Assembly (NCBI GenBank): GCA_965223265.1
Contig: OZ244999.1
Location: 4,992,001 to 5,056,000, forward strand
Reading direction: 5' to 3'
Length of the DNA: 64,000 nucleotides
From: Planctomycetota bacterium
Lineage (GTDB): Bacteria; Planctomycetota; UBA8108; SXIK01
Shown here: one piece after another, positions 19,299 through 29,900 of the stretch
Position numbering within the stretch: position 1 is the stretch's first letter
How the letters are laid out: every line of letters starts with the position of its first letter
The notes under the pieces: model-generated
Seen by the model: the letters and a program-made list of their open reading frames with translations, nothing else
The model's database searches: none
Told to the model about the DNA's origin: nothing
Made by a program: the position numbers and the translations under genes

Positions 19299-19547
19299 AC
19301 CGAGAAACCTCCCTACGGGTGAAGAAAACCAAAACGAATGGTGAAACTTAGAAATCCGCCCTCTTACGTGAAGGCGATCAACTTTCAATTTGGCTGTGGA
19401 ACGGTTGATTCCCGCCCTCGGATGTCAGGCCCTCACCTCCTTTCTCTGGTCGACCCTTTCCCCTTTGCGCCTGACGCGCCGTTTTGTTCCCAAAACCGGT
19501 GTTTTTAGCCATTTGGTGTACAGCTCGTCGGCACGTTAGAAAGACAA

Positions 19548-19564
19548 AGCAACCGCTGTGCCAA
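19548..19564 (-). promoter_or_regulatory. Sigma54 (-24/-12) promoter upstream of the pilin
   Basis: The minus strand reads TTGGCACAGCGGTTGCT, matching the TGGCAC-N5-TTGC consensus with correct spacing and orientation. Confidence 0.8.
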
Positions 19565-20016
19565 CTCCCGGCGCGGACAGGTCCTCGCCGCTAAGTCGGG
19601 TCGACGGCTACAGTCATGTTCCTTCGCTGAGTTCCGTGAAGATCACGACGGCGGAGAAACGACGGGCTGTGTCATCTGAAATTTGTCGGAGTGACAATCC
19701 GTGTCGGTGCAATCACCGCCGGTTCATCAACGTGAACATCGGAGATTGCTGGCGGCCGGCCTCAGTTCTTTTGGCCGGAAGGCCGGGAAACCGTGTGACC
19801 ATCCGAAGATCTGAGACCTCGGGCCACTTCCACCGCCAGATTCATGCCGAGATGAACGCCCCAGTTCTTGCCAATAAGGCGGATACCCCGCTGAACACCA
19901 CAACGTCGAAGTGTTGAGAACGTGCTCGCAGACAAGGGAGCAAGGACGAGAGGCAGTGAAAGTCAGATGCGGGAGACAGACCCTACAGTTGCATGAGTTC
20001 TTCGCAGGAAGAGCCG

Positions 20017-20128
20017 ACGCCCACGCCCACGCCCACGCCCACGCCCACGCCCACGCCCACGCACACGCACACGCACACGCACACGCACACGCACACGCAC
20101 ACGCACACGCACACGCACACGCACACGC
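20017..20128. repeat. Compound hexanucleotide microsatellite (ACGCCC)n(ACGCAC)n
   Basis: About 18 hexamer units read directly from the sequence. Confidence 0.95.
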
Positions 20129-20131
20129 CGA

Positions 20132-20248
20132 CGCAATCGCGCACGGCGTTGAAGCGCTTCTGCTTTGCAACGATGGGGACGGAGTCAGAGACAGAGACAG
20201 ACCCCAATGTTGCAAAAGAGAAACACTTCAAGACCGTGAGCGAGTGCG
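20132..20248. repeat. Long imperfect palindrome (~47-bp arms) with a GACAGA-repeat loop
   Basis: CGCAATCGCGCACGGCGTTGAAGCGCTTCTGCTTTGCAACGATGGGG pairs with CCCCAATGTTGCAAAAGAGAAACACTTCAAGACCGTGAGCGAGTGCG. Confidence 0.75.
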
Positions 20249-20257
20249 AGTGCTCAA

Positions 20258-20399
20258 GTAGCAGGCACACTCCGAGGCTGTGAATTTTTCGAAACTTACC
20301 ATCGCAACTCTCCGGAACGGCACGGCGTGTGCCTGCTACTTTGAAGAGCGTATCGGCGACGTCTTTATAGTAGCAGGCACACGCCGTGTGCCGTTCCGG
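20258..20399. repeat. GTAG-family REP elements (a half copy plus an inverted pair)
   Basis: GTAGCAGGCACACTCCG at 20258. Inverted pair CCGGAACGGCACGGCGTGTGCCTGCTAC (20312-20339) and GTAGCAGGCACACGCCGTGTGCCGTTCCGG (20370-20399), repeated again from ~20625. Confidence 0.8.
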
Positions 20400-20934
20400 G
20401 TGTCCGCGAGCTGCGACGGCAGTTAAAAAACTCGTGCCGTTCCGGAGGTGACCGTGCGGAGCGCAACTCCCACGCAATCGCGCATGAGCCTTGAAGCGCT
20501 TCTCCTTTGCAACGATGAGGACCAGCGGCTCAGTGGATCTCGAGATCCCTGACGCGCAGCTCAACGTTGCGCTCGCCTCGCCATGTCGAGACCTGAGGTG
20601 CATAGAGCAGCGCGAGGCGCTGGCCACGGCGTGTGCCTGCTACTTTGAAGAGCGTATCGGCGACGTCTTTATAGTAGCAGGCACACGCCGTGTGCCGTTC
20701 CGGGTGTCCGCGAGCTGCGACGGCAGTTAAAAAACTCGTGCCGTTCCGGAGGTGACCGTGCGGAACCCACTCCCACGCAATCGTGCATGAGCCTTGAAGC
20801 GCTTCTCCTTTGCAACGATGAGGACCAGCGGCTCAGTGGATCTCGAGATCCCTGACGCGCAGCTCAACGTTGCGCTCGCCTCGCCATGTCGAGACCTGAG
20901 GTGCATAGAGCAGCGCGAGGCGCTGGCCACGGCG
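20321..20934. repeat. Tandem duplication (~303-304-bp unit) including the REP pair and the recJ 3' end
   Basis: 20321-20624 is nearly identical to 20625-20927; the junction microhomology is CACGGCG. Confidence 0.92.
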
Positions 20935-22596
20935 CACTCGGTGACCAAAACGCTCACCGGCTCCGAAAGCGATCGCCCGTCTCACCGCTCCCTCTTGTCG
21001 CACATGAAAGGCCAAGTGCTGGCCGTTGGCACCAAGTGCCCGAGGTTCGCCGACCACCTCGGCGTTCGTCGTCACCAGAAGAGGAGCCGGATTCTTCTCG
21101 CCGAACGGTTCAAGTCGCGCGATCTGCGTCATTTGATTCTGAGCGATCTCGTCCAGGCACACGTGCGCATCGACTTCGGTTGTCGGGACCATTTCGGACG
21201 GATCGAGGTCGATGGCATGGGTGAGGCGCTCGCGGAGATCGCTCAGTCGGTTCGATTCAATCTCGATTCCAGCGGCCAACTCGTGCCCACCGTGACTCAA
21301 AAGGCAATCGCCGCAGCGCTCGAGGGCGGCAGCGATATTGACACCTGGAATCGACCGCGCGGAACCACGCCCCTTCGCGCCGTCAAGAGACACGATCAGC
21401 GTCGGGCGGTGGAATTCTTCCATCAATCGAGCCGCGACGATCCCAATCACGCCCGCGTGCCACCCCTCGGCGCCGAGCACGATCGCCTTCTCGCGGTCAA
21501 GATCGACCCTCGACGTGATCAGCCCTCGTGCTTCGTCACAGATCTCAGACTCAATGCGCTTGCGGTCCTCGTTGGCGCGCCGCAAGGCACTGCCGATACT
21601 TTCCGCCTGATCGCGATCCGTCGCCAATAGCAGTTCAAGCGCCGATTCTGCCATTTTCAAGCGCCCTGCCGCGTTGAGCATCGGCGCGATGCGGAATGCG
21701 ACGTCTTCGGCACTCAACGCTTCGCGGTCGCGTCTCGCCGTTTCAACAAGATACTGGAACCCCGGGCGCCGAGACTCGAGAAGTTGCATGAGACCGAACG
21801 TGACGAACGTGCGATTCTCACCCACCAGCGGCACGACATCTGCGATTGTACCGAGCGCGACGAAGGGCAAGAGGTCGACGAGAAAGTCACGAAATTCGCT
21901 CGAGACTTTCTTTTGGCGGGAAAAGCGCTGGCATAGGGCCCACACAAACTTGAACGCGACACCGACACCAGCCAGATCCTTAAAGGGGTAGTCGGAGCCC
22001 GGGAGCCATGGGTTCACGATCGCTGTCGCCGGTGGCAATTCCTCTGGCGGTTGGTGATGGTCGAGGACGACGACATCGATGCCGAGACTTCGCGCGACCG
22101 TGAGCGCCTCGACGGCACTGACGCCGTTGTCGACAGTGATCACCACGCTCACCCCTTGCGCGGCAAACTCGCGCATCGCGTCAGCCCGAACGCCGTAGCC
22201 TTCCGTCAAGCGGCGCGGTAGTCGATAGCGCACAGGGTGGCCAACGAATCGAAAGAACTCGAACAAGAGCGCCGTCGACGTGACACCGTCGACGTCGTAA
22301 TCGCCGAAGACGGCGATCGACTCACCGCGTTGTCGGGCAAGATCGATTCTGTCGAGCGCAGCGTGCAAGTTGGGAAGCGACTCGGGAGCGTGCAGCGACT
22401 TCAGCGTCGGCGCCAAAAACGTTGCTGCGTCTTGAGCGTCCTCAATCCCTCGGCGATACAGCAGCCGAGCCATCAAGGGCGAGCACTCCAACTCGGTGCG
22501 CAGGCGTTCGACGATGCCTTCGTCGACGCTGGACAGCCGCCAGCGCGGCGGCAGCGCTACCGCGCCCTCCTCGCTTCTTCTCTTCTGAAAGTACAC
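20833..22596 (-). CDS. recJ: Single-stranded-DNA-specific exonuclease RecJ
   Basis: GDYDVDG, ITVDNG, DHH, LAGVGVAFK, GTIADVVPL, NAAGRL, GSARS, GGHELAAG and LEPFG. Confidence 0.97.
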   Translation of the reverse strand: MYFQKRRSEEGAVALPPRWRLSSVDEGIVERLRTELECSPLMARLLYRRGIEDAQDAATFLAPTLKSLHAPESLPNLHAALDRIDLARQRGESIAVFGDYDVDGVTSTALLFEFFRFVGHPVRYRLPRRLTEGYGVRADAMREFAAQGVSVVITVDNGVSAVEALTVARSLGIDVVVLDHHQPPEELPPATAIVNPWLPGSDYPFKDLAGVGVAFKFVWALCQRFSRQKKVSSEFRDFLVDLLPFVALGTIADVVPLVGENRTFVTFGLMQLLESRRPGFQYLVETARRDREALSAEDVAFRIAPMLNAAGRLKMAESALELLLATDRDQAESIGSALRRANEDRKRIESEICDEARGLITSRVDLDREKAIVLGAEGWHAGVIGIVAARLMEEFHRPTLIVSLDGAKGRGSARSIPGVNIAAALERCGDCLLSHGGHELAAGIEIESNRLSDLRERLTHAIDLDPSEMVPTTEVDAHVCLDEIAQNQMTQIARLEPFGEKNPAPLLVTTNAEVVGEPRALGANGQHLAFHVRQEGAVRRAIAFGAGERFGHRVRRGQRLALLYAPQVSTWRGERNVELRVRDLEIH

Positions 22597-22606
22597 GCGC
22601 GCGCCT

Positions 22607-22834
22607 CTCGAGTTTGGCCATTTCGCGCCGACCTGGCCGGACGAACTTGCCGGGGTTCACAGGCCTTTTCGACTTTTTTCTACCCTGAGGACCTTTGTGC
22701 GTGTCCAAAAACTCCTGTCCGGCCGTTCGGGGAACGCCAAGAACGCCGCTGCGTGCGCCCGTCCTCCGCGACGACCGGAGCGGGATCGCGCCCGAGTCGC
22801 GCTTTGGCCTCGACGCGAGAGGGCCAAACTCCAG
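22607..22834. mobile_element. MITE family B, copy 2 (inverted, more degenerate)
   Basis: CTCGAGTTTGGCCATTTCGCG...GGCCAAACTCCAG. The interior is the reverse complement of 8191-8459 (e.g. AAAAACTCCTGTCCGGCC). Confidence 0.8.
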
Positions 22835-22837
22835 TTC

Positions 22838-22903
22838 CAGCCCGTTGAACAGGGTTCTCAGCGCTCTTCGGAATCGTTCGAACCGCTTTCAACACGCCGC
22901 TGA
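22838..22903. mobile_element. Short degenerate family A-like element
   Basis: CAGCCCGTTGAA left end and CTTTCAACACGCCGCTG right-end-like sequence. Confidence 0.45.
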
Positions 22904-22929
22904 AGTCAAAAGCCTCACCCCCGGTTGTT

Positions 22930-25824
22930 CTATTGCTCGGTTTGACTCTTCGCCGATGCCGCCTCACGTTCCTGTTTTTCTATCTCCGCCGCGATTTGCT
23001 CCCGAAGCTGCGCGTTCAACGCCTGGCGCTGCCGTTGGAAGAGCGCCTTGGCCTCAGCAGTCTCTCCTCGGTGCAGATGATTCAGCACCAGGTGGTAGTA
23101 GACGCTTCCGGCAGGCACCCGAGGGTTTGGTTTTTCGAGGCTCTTGCGGAAATAATGATCCGCTTCGCGACGTTTCTTTTGTTCCTGTAGCGCAAGTCCG
23201 AGGTTGAACAGAACTTCACTGGGGGCCTCGACTGCAAGACCACGCTTGAACACTTCTTCAGCTTTGGTGAATTGCTTCAAGTTGATGAAGAGGACACCAA
23301 GGTCGTTGTACGCCCACACGTTGTTCGGGCTCAGGTCGAGTGCCTTTTGAAAGTTCTTCACCGCTTCGACTGCCGCGTCTGCGTCACTCAGCTGACTGAG
23401 AAAACGCGCCAATCCCCGATAGGCACCGACGTTCGAAGGGTCAAACTCGACGGCTTTCTTGTACGCGCGGCGAATGGTCGCTTCCTCCTGCCTCAACCTT
23501 TCCGCCTTGTCGGAGACGTCGACGCTATTGACCAGCTCCCAATATCGAGCCTCATGAACGTGTGCCGACTCGACCAAAGCGCGTGAGTCGGTGGCGTCGC
23601 GCGCCTCGGTCGGCGGCGGTGGTGTTGTTGTGCCTTGAACGACAGAAAACGGCTCACATACGTGCGACGACACCAGCTCACCGCGCCGTAAGAGGCGGAC
23701 GCGCAAGCGGTGCTCAGAGGCAGGCTCCGTCCCCGGCGGCACGTCCCAGGCGCACGTCGCGTTCACCGCCAAACGATCGCAGATCGGCGTCCACTGCGCG
23801 GCAGCCCCAGCCTGGTGCTCAACTTGCACAGTCAGCGCTTCGAGCGCTTCCGCTGCGGGATGCAGACGCCAACGGAGATTCTGTACCGTCTGGCCGCGTA
23901 CGATCCCGCGCACCGCCGGAGACTCTAGCTGGATCGCTGGCAGGACACGACGGATGTCCGAATTGCGATGCGTGCTGTTCCCGGCCTGATCTCTCACGAC
24001 AACTCGCACCTGACACTGACGATAGCCGGTGGGAGTCGTCCAGCTGAACTGCGTCTGTCCAGGTGCCACTCGCGTCCAACGCGCCAGTGTCTCCCACCTC
24101 TCTTCCCGGACATCACGGCGCCCTTCCAGGACGACAGGCATGACGACGTCGGTCCAGTCGGCCTCGAAGACGATCTCGGTTGTCATCCCTTCCACCCACT
24201 CGAACGGACTCAGCTTGAGCTCAATCGCCGGCGCCGTCTTGTCGAGCATGAACTGGCCGAATGCCACAGAAGCGGCGTCCGGCTCCGGGGTCGCGTTGCC
24301 GACTCCATCCTTCGCGCGTACGAACATCTGATACGACGCTTCCGGAACGTGGCTGAGGTCAAGTGCTAGGCGGTACCCCTCTTCAGCCCGCTCCATGACA
24401 CGCTGGCCGCGCGGGAGAAGCTTCCACGGCCCCTCCTGACCGCGTCGCAAATAGATATCTACGTCGCGTAAACCAGCTCCATCACCATCGTCGACACTCA
24501 TGTCGAGCACCGGTCGCACCGGAAGAATCGGCGCGACCGCTGCGAGGCTGACGTGCGGTGGCGTGCAATCGATCGAAAAAGGCTTCGAAACCGCATTCGC
24601 CGCTCCCGACGAAGCTCGCACGCGAATCAAGCAGCCAATGAGATCAGCGCACGGCACCTGCCACAAAACGCTGCCGCGGCGAACACTCGCACGATCGACA
24701 AGACTCCACTCCTCGGCAACACTCGTGCGCCACTCGACGATCAGCGTCTCCGTGGCTGGAATCTCACGCGTCTTCCAGCCGATCTCGGCCGAACGGCCTC
24801 CGGCGACGAACATGGCGCCGCCCGGCGCCTCCCCGCCCCCGACAAGCAGACTGTCCGGCATGAGCAACGTGATCTCAGGTCGCGTTAACGTGTCATCTTT
24901 CACGGACAGCGTGCTGTTGGCGGGCTCGGCACGTTCGGTCGCGTCGTGGGACACAGCCTGAGGCCTCGCCGTTTCCGCGCCCGGCGGTGTCGTATTCTCA
25001 GAGTCTGGACGTATTGGTGCCGTGAACGATCGCGGGACTTCTGACCCGCGCGCCAGCACTTGAAGCGGCACGATCTGTTCCGCTGGGTGGCCGACGAGAT
25101 CATACGCCGTCACTCGCACGAGAATCGAAGTCGGCAGCGCCGCCGGCGGCCGCCAAGAGTAGGTCTGGTGCCCGGTTCCCGGCGGCACCTTGGCGATCGA
25201 CAGCCAATGCGCACCGTCGTCGTAACTCCACGAGAGCTCCTGGAGCGCTTCGCCGACCTCGATCTCATTGACCGACCATTCGAACTGTATGCCGGCCGCC
25301 GCGTCGACCGGCGACTGTGGTGCGGGACGTAGCCATTGAATCTGTGGCGGAGTGCGGTCAACAATCAAGAACGTCACCGGTTCGTCGTCGGCTCTCGGGA
25401 CGAACTCCTCACTGCCGTCTCGCTTGATCGCCGACGCGCGCAGCCCGATCGTTCCCTCCGGTAGGTCCACTGAGAGTGGCATATCTTGAAGCTCAGCGGT
25501 GGCCAGTCGCTTCCAAGTTGCCGCGTTCGAGACGCGCCCCCAAAGCACGACCTCTCGCGTCTCTCGCACGTCGAGCAGCTCCGGATCGAAGTGGATCGCC
25601 ACCTCGATCTGCTCCTCGTCCGTCGCCACACGCTTCGCCCGTGGTGGCAACTTCGACATCACGACCTGCACAGAGTTCTGCGCATCAAGCCGACGAGCGT
25701 TCGAGACCAGCGTCTCGCGACGTGGCGCGAACGATTTGCAGGACGCAAGTCCAAGTGAGCACAGAATCGACAGCGCCAACCACCCGTTCAGGACGGACCG
25801 GAACTTTCGTCGGCTCCGTGTCAT
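22930..25824 (-). CDS. Large lipoprotein with repeated Ig-like beta domains and C-terminal TPRs
   Basis: Lipobox LGLASC; repeated D(R/C/K)T(P/A)P and D.(V/A)G(N/H) domain boundaries; TPR-like segments AYNDLGVL and VLFNLGLAL. Confidence 0.75.
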   Translation of the reverse strand: MTRSRRKFRSVLNGWLALSILCSLGLASCKSFAPRRETLVSNARRLDAQNSVQVVMSKLPPRAKRVATDEEQIEVAIHFDPELLDVRETREVVLWGRVSNAATWKRLATAELQDMPLSVDLPEGTIGLRASAIKRDGSEEFVPRADDEPVTFLIVDRTPPQIQWLRPAPQSPVDAAAGIQFEWSVNEIEVGEALQELSWSYDDGAHWLSIAKVPPGTGHQTYSWRPPAALPTSILVRVTAYDLVGHPAEQIVPLQVLARGSEVPRSFTAPIRPDSENTTPPGAETARPQAVSHDATERAEPANSTLSVKDDTLTRPEITLLMPDSLLVGGGEAPGGAMFVAGGRSAEIGWKTREIPATETLIVEWRTSVAEEWSLVDRASVRRGSVLWQVPCADLIGCLIRVRASSGAANAVSKPFSIDCTPPHVSLAAVAPILPVRPVLDMSVDDGDGAGLRDVDIYLRRGQEGPWKLLPRGQRVMERAEEGYRLALDLSHVPEASYQMFVRAKDGVGNATPEPDAASVAFGQFMLDKTAPAIELKLSPFEWVEGMTTEIVFEADWTDVVMPVVLEGRRDVREERWETLARWTRVAPGQTQFSWTTPTGYRQCQVRVVVRDQAGNSTHRNSDIRRVLPAIQLESPAVRGIVRGQTVQNLRWRLHPAAEALEALTVQVEHQAGAAAQWTPICDRLAVNATCAWDVPPGTEPASEHRLRVRLLRRGELVSSHVCEPFSVVQGTTTPPPPTEARDATDSRALVESAHVHEARYWELVNSVDVSDKAERLRQEEATIRRAYKKAVEFDPSNVGAYRGLARFLSQLSDADAAVEAVKNFQKALDLSPNNVWAYNDLGVLFINLKQFTKAEEVFKRGLAVEAPSEVLFNLGLALQEQKKRREADHYFRKSLEKPNPRVPAGSVYYHLVLNHLHRGETAEAKALFQRQRQALNAQLREQIAAEIEKQEREAASAKSQTEQ

Positions 25825-26101
25825 GACCGTACCCTCCTAGCACTTCCCTTCGATTCCTCCAGCGGAGGAGAATTCTCTTCTTGGTTCAACTTACGCGCGG
25901 AAGTCGCACCGCACTGACTGCGCGGCCGTCTCGGCAACCCGAATCGCAGGCCACCAGACACTTCCCAGCCCGCATCGAAAAACTCAATCCTCAACCGGAC
26001 GAACTCGTCGAAACGAGGCTGTTATCCTTCTTTGATCCCGCTCGACAGTGTAACCACGCATTTGACGCCGACAAGGGCCAACTCCAGACTTCAAACCCCT
26101 C

Positions 26102-26995
26102 TCATTCAGCTTCCGCCTCCTTCCCGCCGCGAGCGACAGACCGGCCGTCAGCCGAAAGCCCCTTGGCGTGGGTGACGGCCGACGCAAAGAAACGCAGCCC
26201 ATCACCGCCGCTGGAATCGAACGCACCGCGCCCTGAGAGCGCCTTGCGGCGCGTCCAGTGCGGGTCGTGAAGCGCATGAACAAAGCGCTCAGGATGCGGC
26301 ATCATTCCCAGCACGTTGCCGGCGGGGTTGGTGATGCCGGCGATCCCGTGGACCGAGCCATTGGGGTTGGCCGGATAGTCGTCACTCCATGCCTCCTGCG
26401 CCGCCCCATGAGCGTCGACATAGCGAAGCGCCACCTGGCCGCCGTTTTCGAGCCGCTCGAGCACCTCGGGCGCGCGCACGGCCAGGCGCCCTTCGCGGTG
26501 TGCCACGGGCAGGCGAAGCGTCGAGTTCGCCTCGGTCGCCGCGGCGGTAGCGGAGGCCGGAGAAAGAAACGGGCAGCGCGTGCTCTCGGCGCGGAGGTGA
26601 ACCCAGCGATCCTCGAACTTGCCAGACTCGTTGACGACGAGCGACAGAGACTTGACGTCGTCATCATCCCAGCCGGGGAGCAGCCCCAAGCGCACGAGTA
26701 CTTGAAAGCCGTTACAAATGCCCAGAACCAGGCGACCGGAGGCGACGAATTCGTGGAGACGCGGCAACAGGTAGGCACGCAACTCGTTGGCGAATACGGT
26801 GCCGGCGCCGAGGTCATCACCGTACGAAAAGCCGCCGGGAAAGACGACAACGGAGAACTCGTCAAGACTCCGGGCCCCGTCGACGAAGACGCCAACGTGG
26901 AGTACCTCGACGTCAGCCCCGGCGATTTCGAAGGCGTGCGCAGTCTCCTGGTCGCAGTTGATACCAGCGGTGCGAAGGATCAGAACACGTACCAC
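26102..26995 (-). CDS. purQ: FGAM synthase glutaminase subunit PurQ
   Basis: GINCDQET, PGGFSYGD, GICNGFQ, NPNGS and MPHPER; GTG start after SD GAGAGGTG. Confidence 0.96.
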   Translation of the reverse strand: MVRVLILRTAGINCDQETAHAFEIAGADVEVLHVGVFVDGARSLDEFSVVVFPGGFSYGDDLGAGTVFANELRAYLLPRLHEFVASGRLVLGICNGFQVLVRLGLLPGWDDDDVKSLSLVVNESGKFEDRWVHLRAESTRCPFLSPASATAAATEANSTLRLPVAHREGRLAVRAPEVLERLENGGQVALRYVDAHGAAQEAWSDDYPANPNGSVHGIAGITNPAGNVLGMMPHPERFVHALHDPHWTRRKALSGRGAFDSSGGDGLRFFASAVTHAKGLSADGRSVARGGKEAEAE

Positions 26996-26999
26996 GATT

Positions 27000-29900
27000 T
27001 CACCTCTCCGGATGCGGCGCGTCGCCCTGCGCTGCGCCGTTGACTTCGGCGTCGACGTCAAGGCGTAGGCCACGCTTCCAGCTGGCGCGCAGCGCTTCGA
27101 GTGCTTCGTCGACAATCGTACGTCCACCTCGACCCGTGACAACGAACCGCCGCGATTCGCTGGTCTCTCCGACGACGGCAACGGGCGCTTCGGCAGCCAA
27201 CGCCAGCGCCTGTTCCAAGTCCTCTGCCCGCACCTCCACCAAGTAACGGCTGTTCGACTCGCTCCAAAGGAGTTCAGCGTCGTCCACACAGCCCTCGCTG
27301 GAGACGTTGGCCAAGTCAATGCGTAGACCGACTTCTCCAGCGAACGCCATCTCAGCTGCGGCGACGCCAAGACCGCCTTCTGAGAGGTCATGACAGCTCA
27401 GTGCCAAACCTGACGTGGTGAGTGCGTGAGCGACTGCATGGACGCGCTTGGCCAAGTCGAGTCGGACCTGGGGTACCGCAAGATGCACTTGATCGGGAGC
27501 CGCTGCGGCTGGCCCCGGAGCATGGGAAAGTGAGTCCCTGCTCGCCTCGAGCGCGGCGCGGCAAAAGTGACTACCGCCCAGCTCGGCGTACGTGGTTCCG
27601 ATCAACAGAACACGACTCCCAGGACTCTTCAGATCCATACTGATGAGGCCGCTGACGTCAGGGACGATGGACAGAGCTGAAATCAAGAGTGTCGGCGGGA
27701 TCTGAATGGTGTCATCGCCGACCCGAAACTCGTTGTTGAGACTGTCCTTGCCTGAAATAAAAGGAGTGCCAAAAGCGATCGCCGCGTCGGAGCAGCCACG
27801 GGCCGCCTCGACGAGCGAACCTAGCGTCTCTGGCCGTTCCGTGTTCCCCCAACAGAAGTTGTCGAGGAGCGCCGTGCGCTCTGGGTCGCCACCAGCTGCA
27901 ACGACGTTCCGGAGGGCTTCGTCGACCGCACTCGCGGCCATTGCGTAGGGATCGAGATCGCCGTAGCACGGGTTCATGCCGCAGCCAACGACGATGCCGC
28001 GCTTCGAGCCGAGTCGCGGCGTCACCGCGATGCCGTCGCCGGGGCCGTCCTCGCGCACTCCCTGAAGTGGCTTGAGGACGCTCCCGCCTTGAACCTCGTG
28101 GTCATACTGACGAATGATCCACTCCTTTGAGGCGATGTTGGGCGACGCTATTAGCTGGTGCAGGACGACGCCGACCTCTTCCGGGGGAATCCTGCGATCG
28201 CGCTGCCACTGCGCCAGCGTGGCACTCGACGCGGGCCGCGATTGCCAGCGTGACGCACGCACTTCGTTGGGACGCCCACCGTGTAGAAACTCCATCGACA
28301 GGTCGCACACAGGCTGACCATCGTACGAAAGATGCAAACGGCTATCCCCCGTAAAGCTACCGATGTCGGTGCATTCGACGTCCTCGCTCGCCGCGAGCGC
28401 CTCGAGACGCTCAGCATCCTCAGGCGCTACCGCGAGCACCATTCGCTCCTGCGCTTCAGAAATCCAAATCTCCCAGTAGCTCAGGCCCTCGTACTTCAGC
28501 GGCACTTTCGCCAATTCGACACTGGCACCGATGGCTTCGCCCATCTCGCCCACAGCGCTTGACAGTCCACCGGCACCGCAGTCTGTGACGCAGCGGTAGA
28601 GTCGCGCGTCTCGCGCCTTGAGAAGTACGTCGAGGACTTTCTTCTCCGTAATGGCATTGCCGATCTGCACCGCTCCGCTCGACGACATTTCGGACTCTTC
28701 GGTGAGTTCGATCGAAGAGAACGTCGCGCCATGGATTCCATCGCGCCCGGTACGACCACCGAGCACATAGATACGGTCGCCGGGGCGCGCTTCCTTGTCG
28801 ATCGCATCGCGTGGAATCAAGCCGACGCTGCCGCAAAAGACGAGCGGATTCCCCACATAACGGCGATCGAAATAAACGGCACCGCTGGCGGTCGGGATCC
28901 CCATGCGGTTGCCATAGTCCCGCACTCCAGCGACCACACCACGCAACACGCGCAGCGGATGCAGTGCCCCAGGAGGCACCTCGCTTCGAGCGAGGTCCGG
29001 CGGGCCAAAACAAAAAACGTCGGTGTTAAGAATCGGCTTGGCGCCGAGCCCAGTGCCGAGCGTGTCGCGCAGCACGCCGCCGATCCCGGTTCCCGCGCCG
29101 CCGTAGGGTTCGATGGCTGACGGGTGATTGTGCGTCTCGACCTTGAACGACACCCCGTAGTCGTCGTCGAAAGCGATCACACCCGCATTGTCTTTGAAGA
29201 CCGAAAGGCACCAGGGTGCGTCGATCTCACGCGTCGCCCGCACGATCGTTTGTTTGAGAAGATTGTCGATGGAAATGTTGGGGCGCCCTGGCACGACGTG
29301 CTCGATGCGGCCCGTGAGCGTTTTGTGGCAGCAGTGCTCACTCCACGTCTGCGCGATCGTCTCGAGCTCAACGTCGCTCGGGTCGCGCCCGAGCGCGCCA
29401 TAGTGATCCCGAATGGCGACCATCTCCACCAAACTGAGCGCCAACCCGGCGGTCCGACTGAGAGCTTCAAGCTCGGCGTCGGTCAGGCCGCCAAGCTTGA
29501 CGCTGCGCCGCACGAACTCGTAACGCTTGCCACCCTGAAAGGGCCGCACACAACTCGCGGCAGAACCGTCCCAGTGCACCTCTTGGATCACAGGGTTGGC
29601 GAACACCTTGTCGGCGATCAGCCGCTGCGCGGCGGCGTCCAATTGGCCGGCGACGAAAAACCGCACCGCAGTCCGTGCACTGACGCCATCGACGCCGAGG
29701 TCGCGAAAACCCTTGAGGAGAGACTCCTCGGCGGGATCCATGACGCCCGGCCGCGCCAGGACCGTCGCGACACCGCCGCCGGGTTCAAGCGAAGCCGCGC
29801 GCGGCTTCACAGGAGAAAAGATACGGACCTCTTGAACAACGGTATCGCAAAGAAGATGCGAGGCGATGCGCTCGCAGCACTCAAGCGACAGCGCTGAGCC

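Noticed and set aside
19983-20627. ORFs with HAHAHA, PTPT/HTHT, VCVCVC or ACAC/WAWA runs that look like metal-binding or RiPP peptides
   Set aside because: All six frames are artefacts of the hexamer microsatellite; there is no RBS and no modification enzymes nearby.
20258-20934. Possible CRISPR array
   Set aside because: The repeats are inverted REPs and a 303-bp duplication with identical intervening sequence; no unique spacers and no cas genes.
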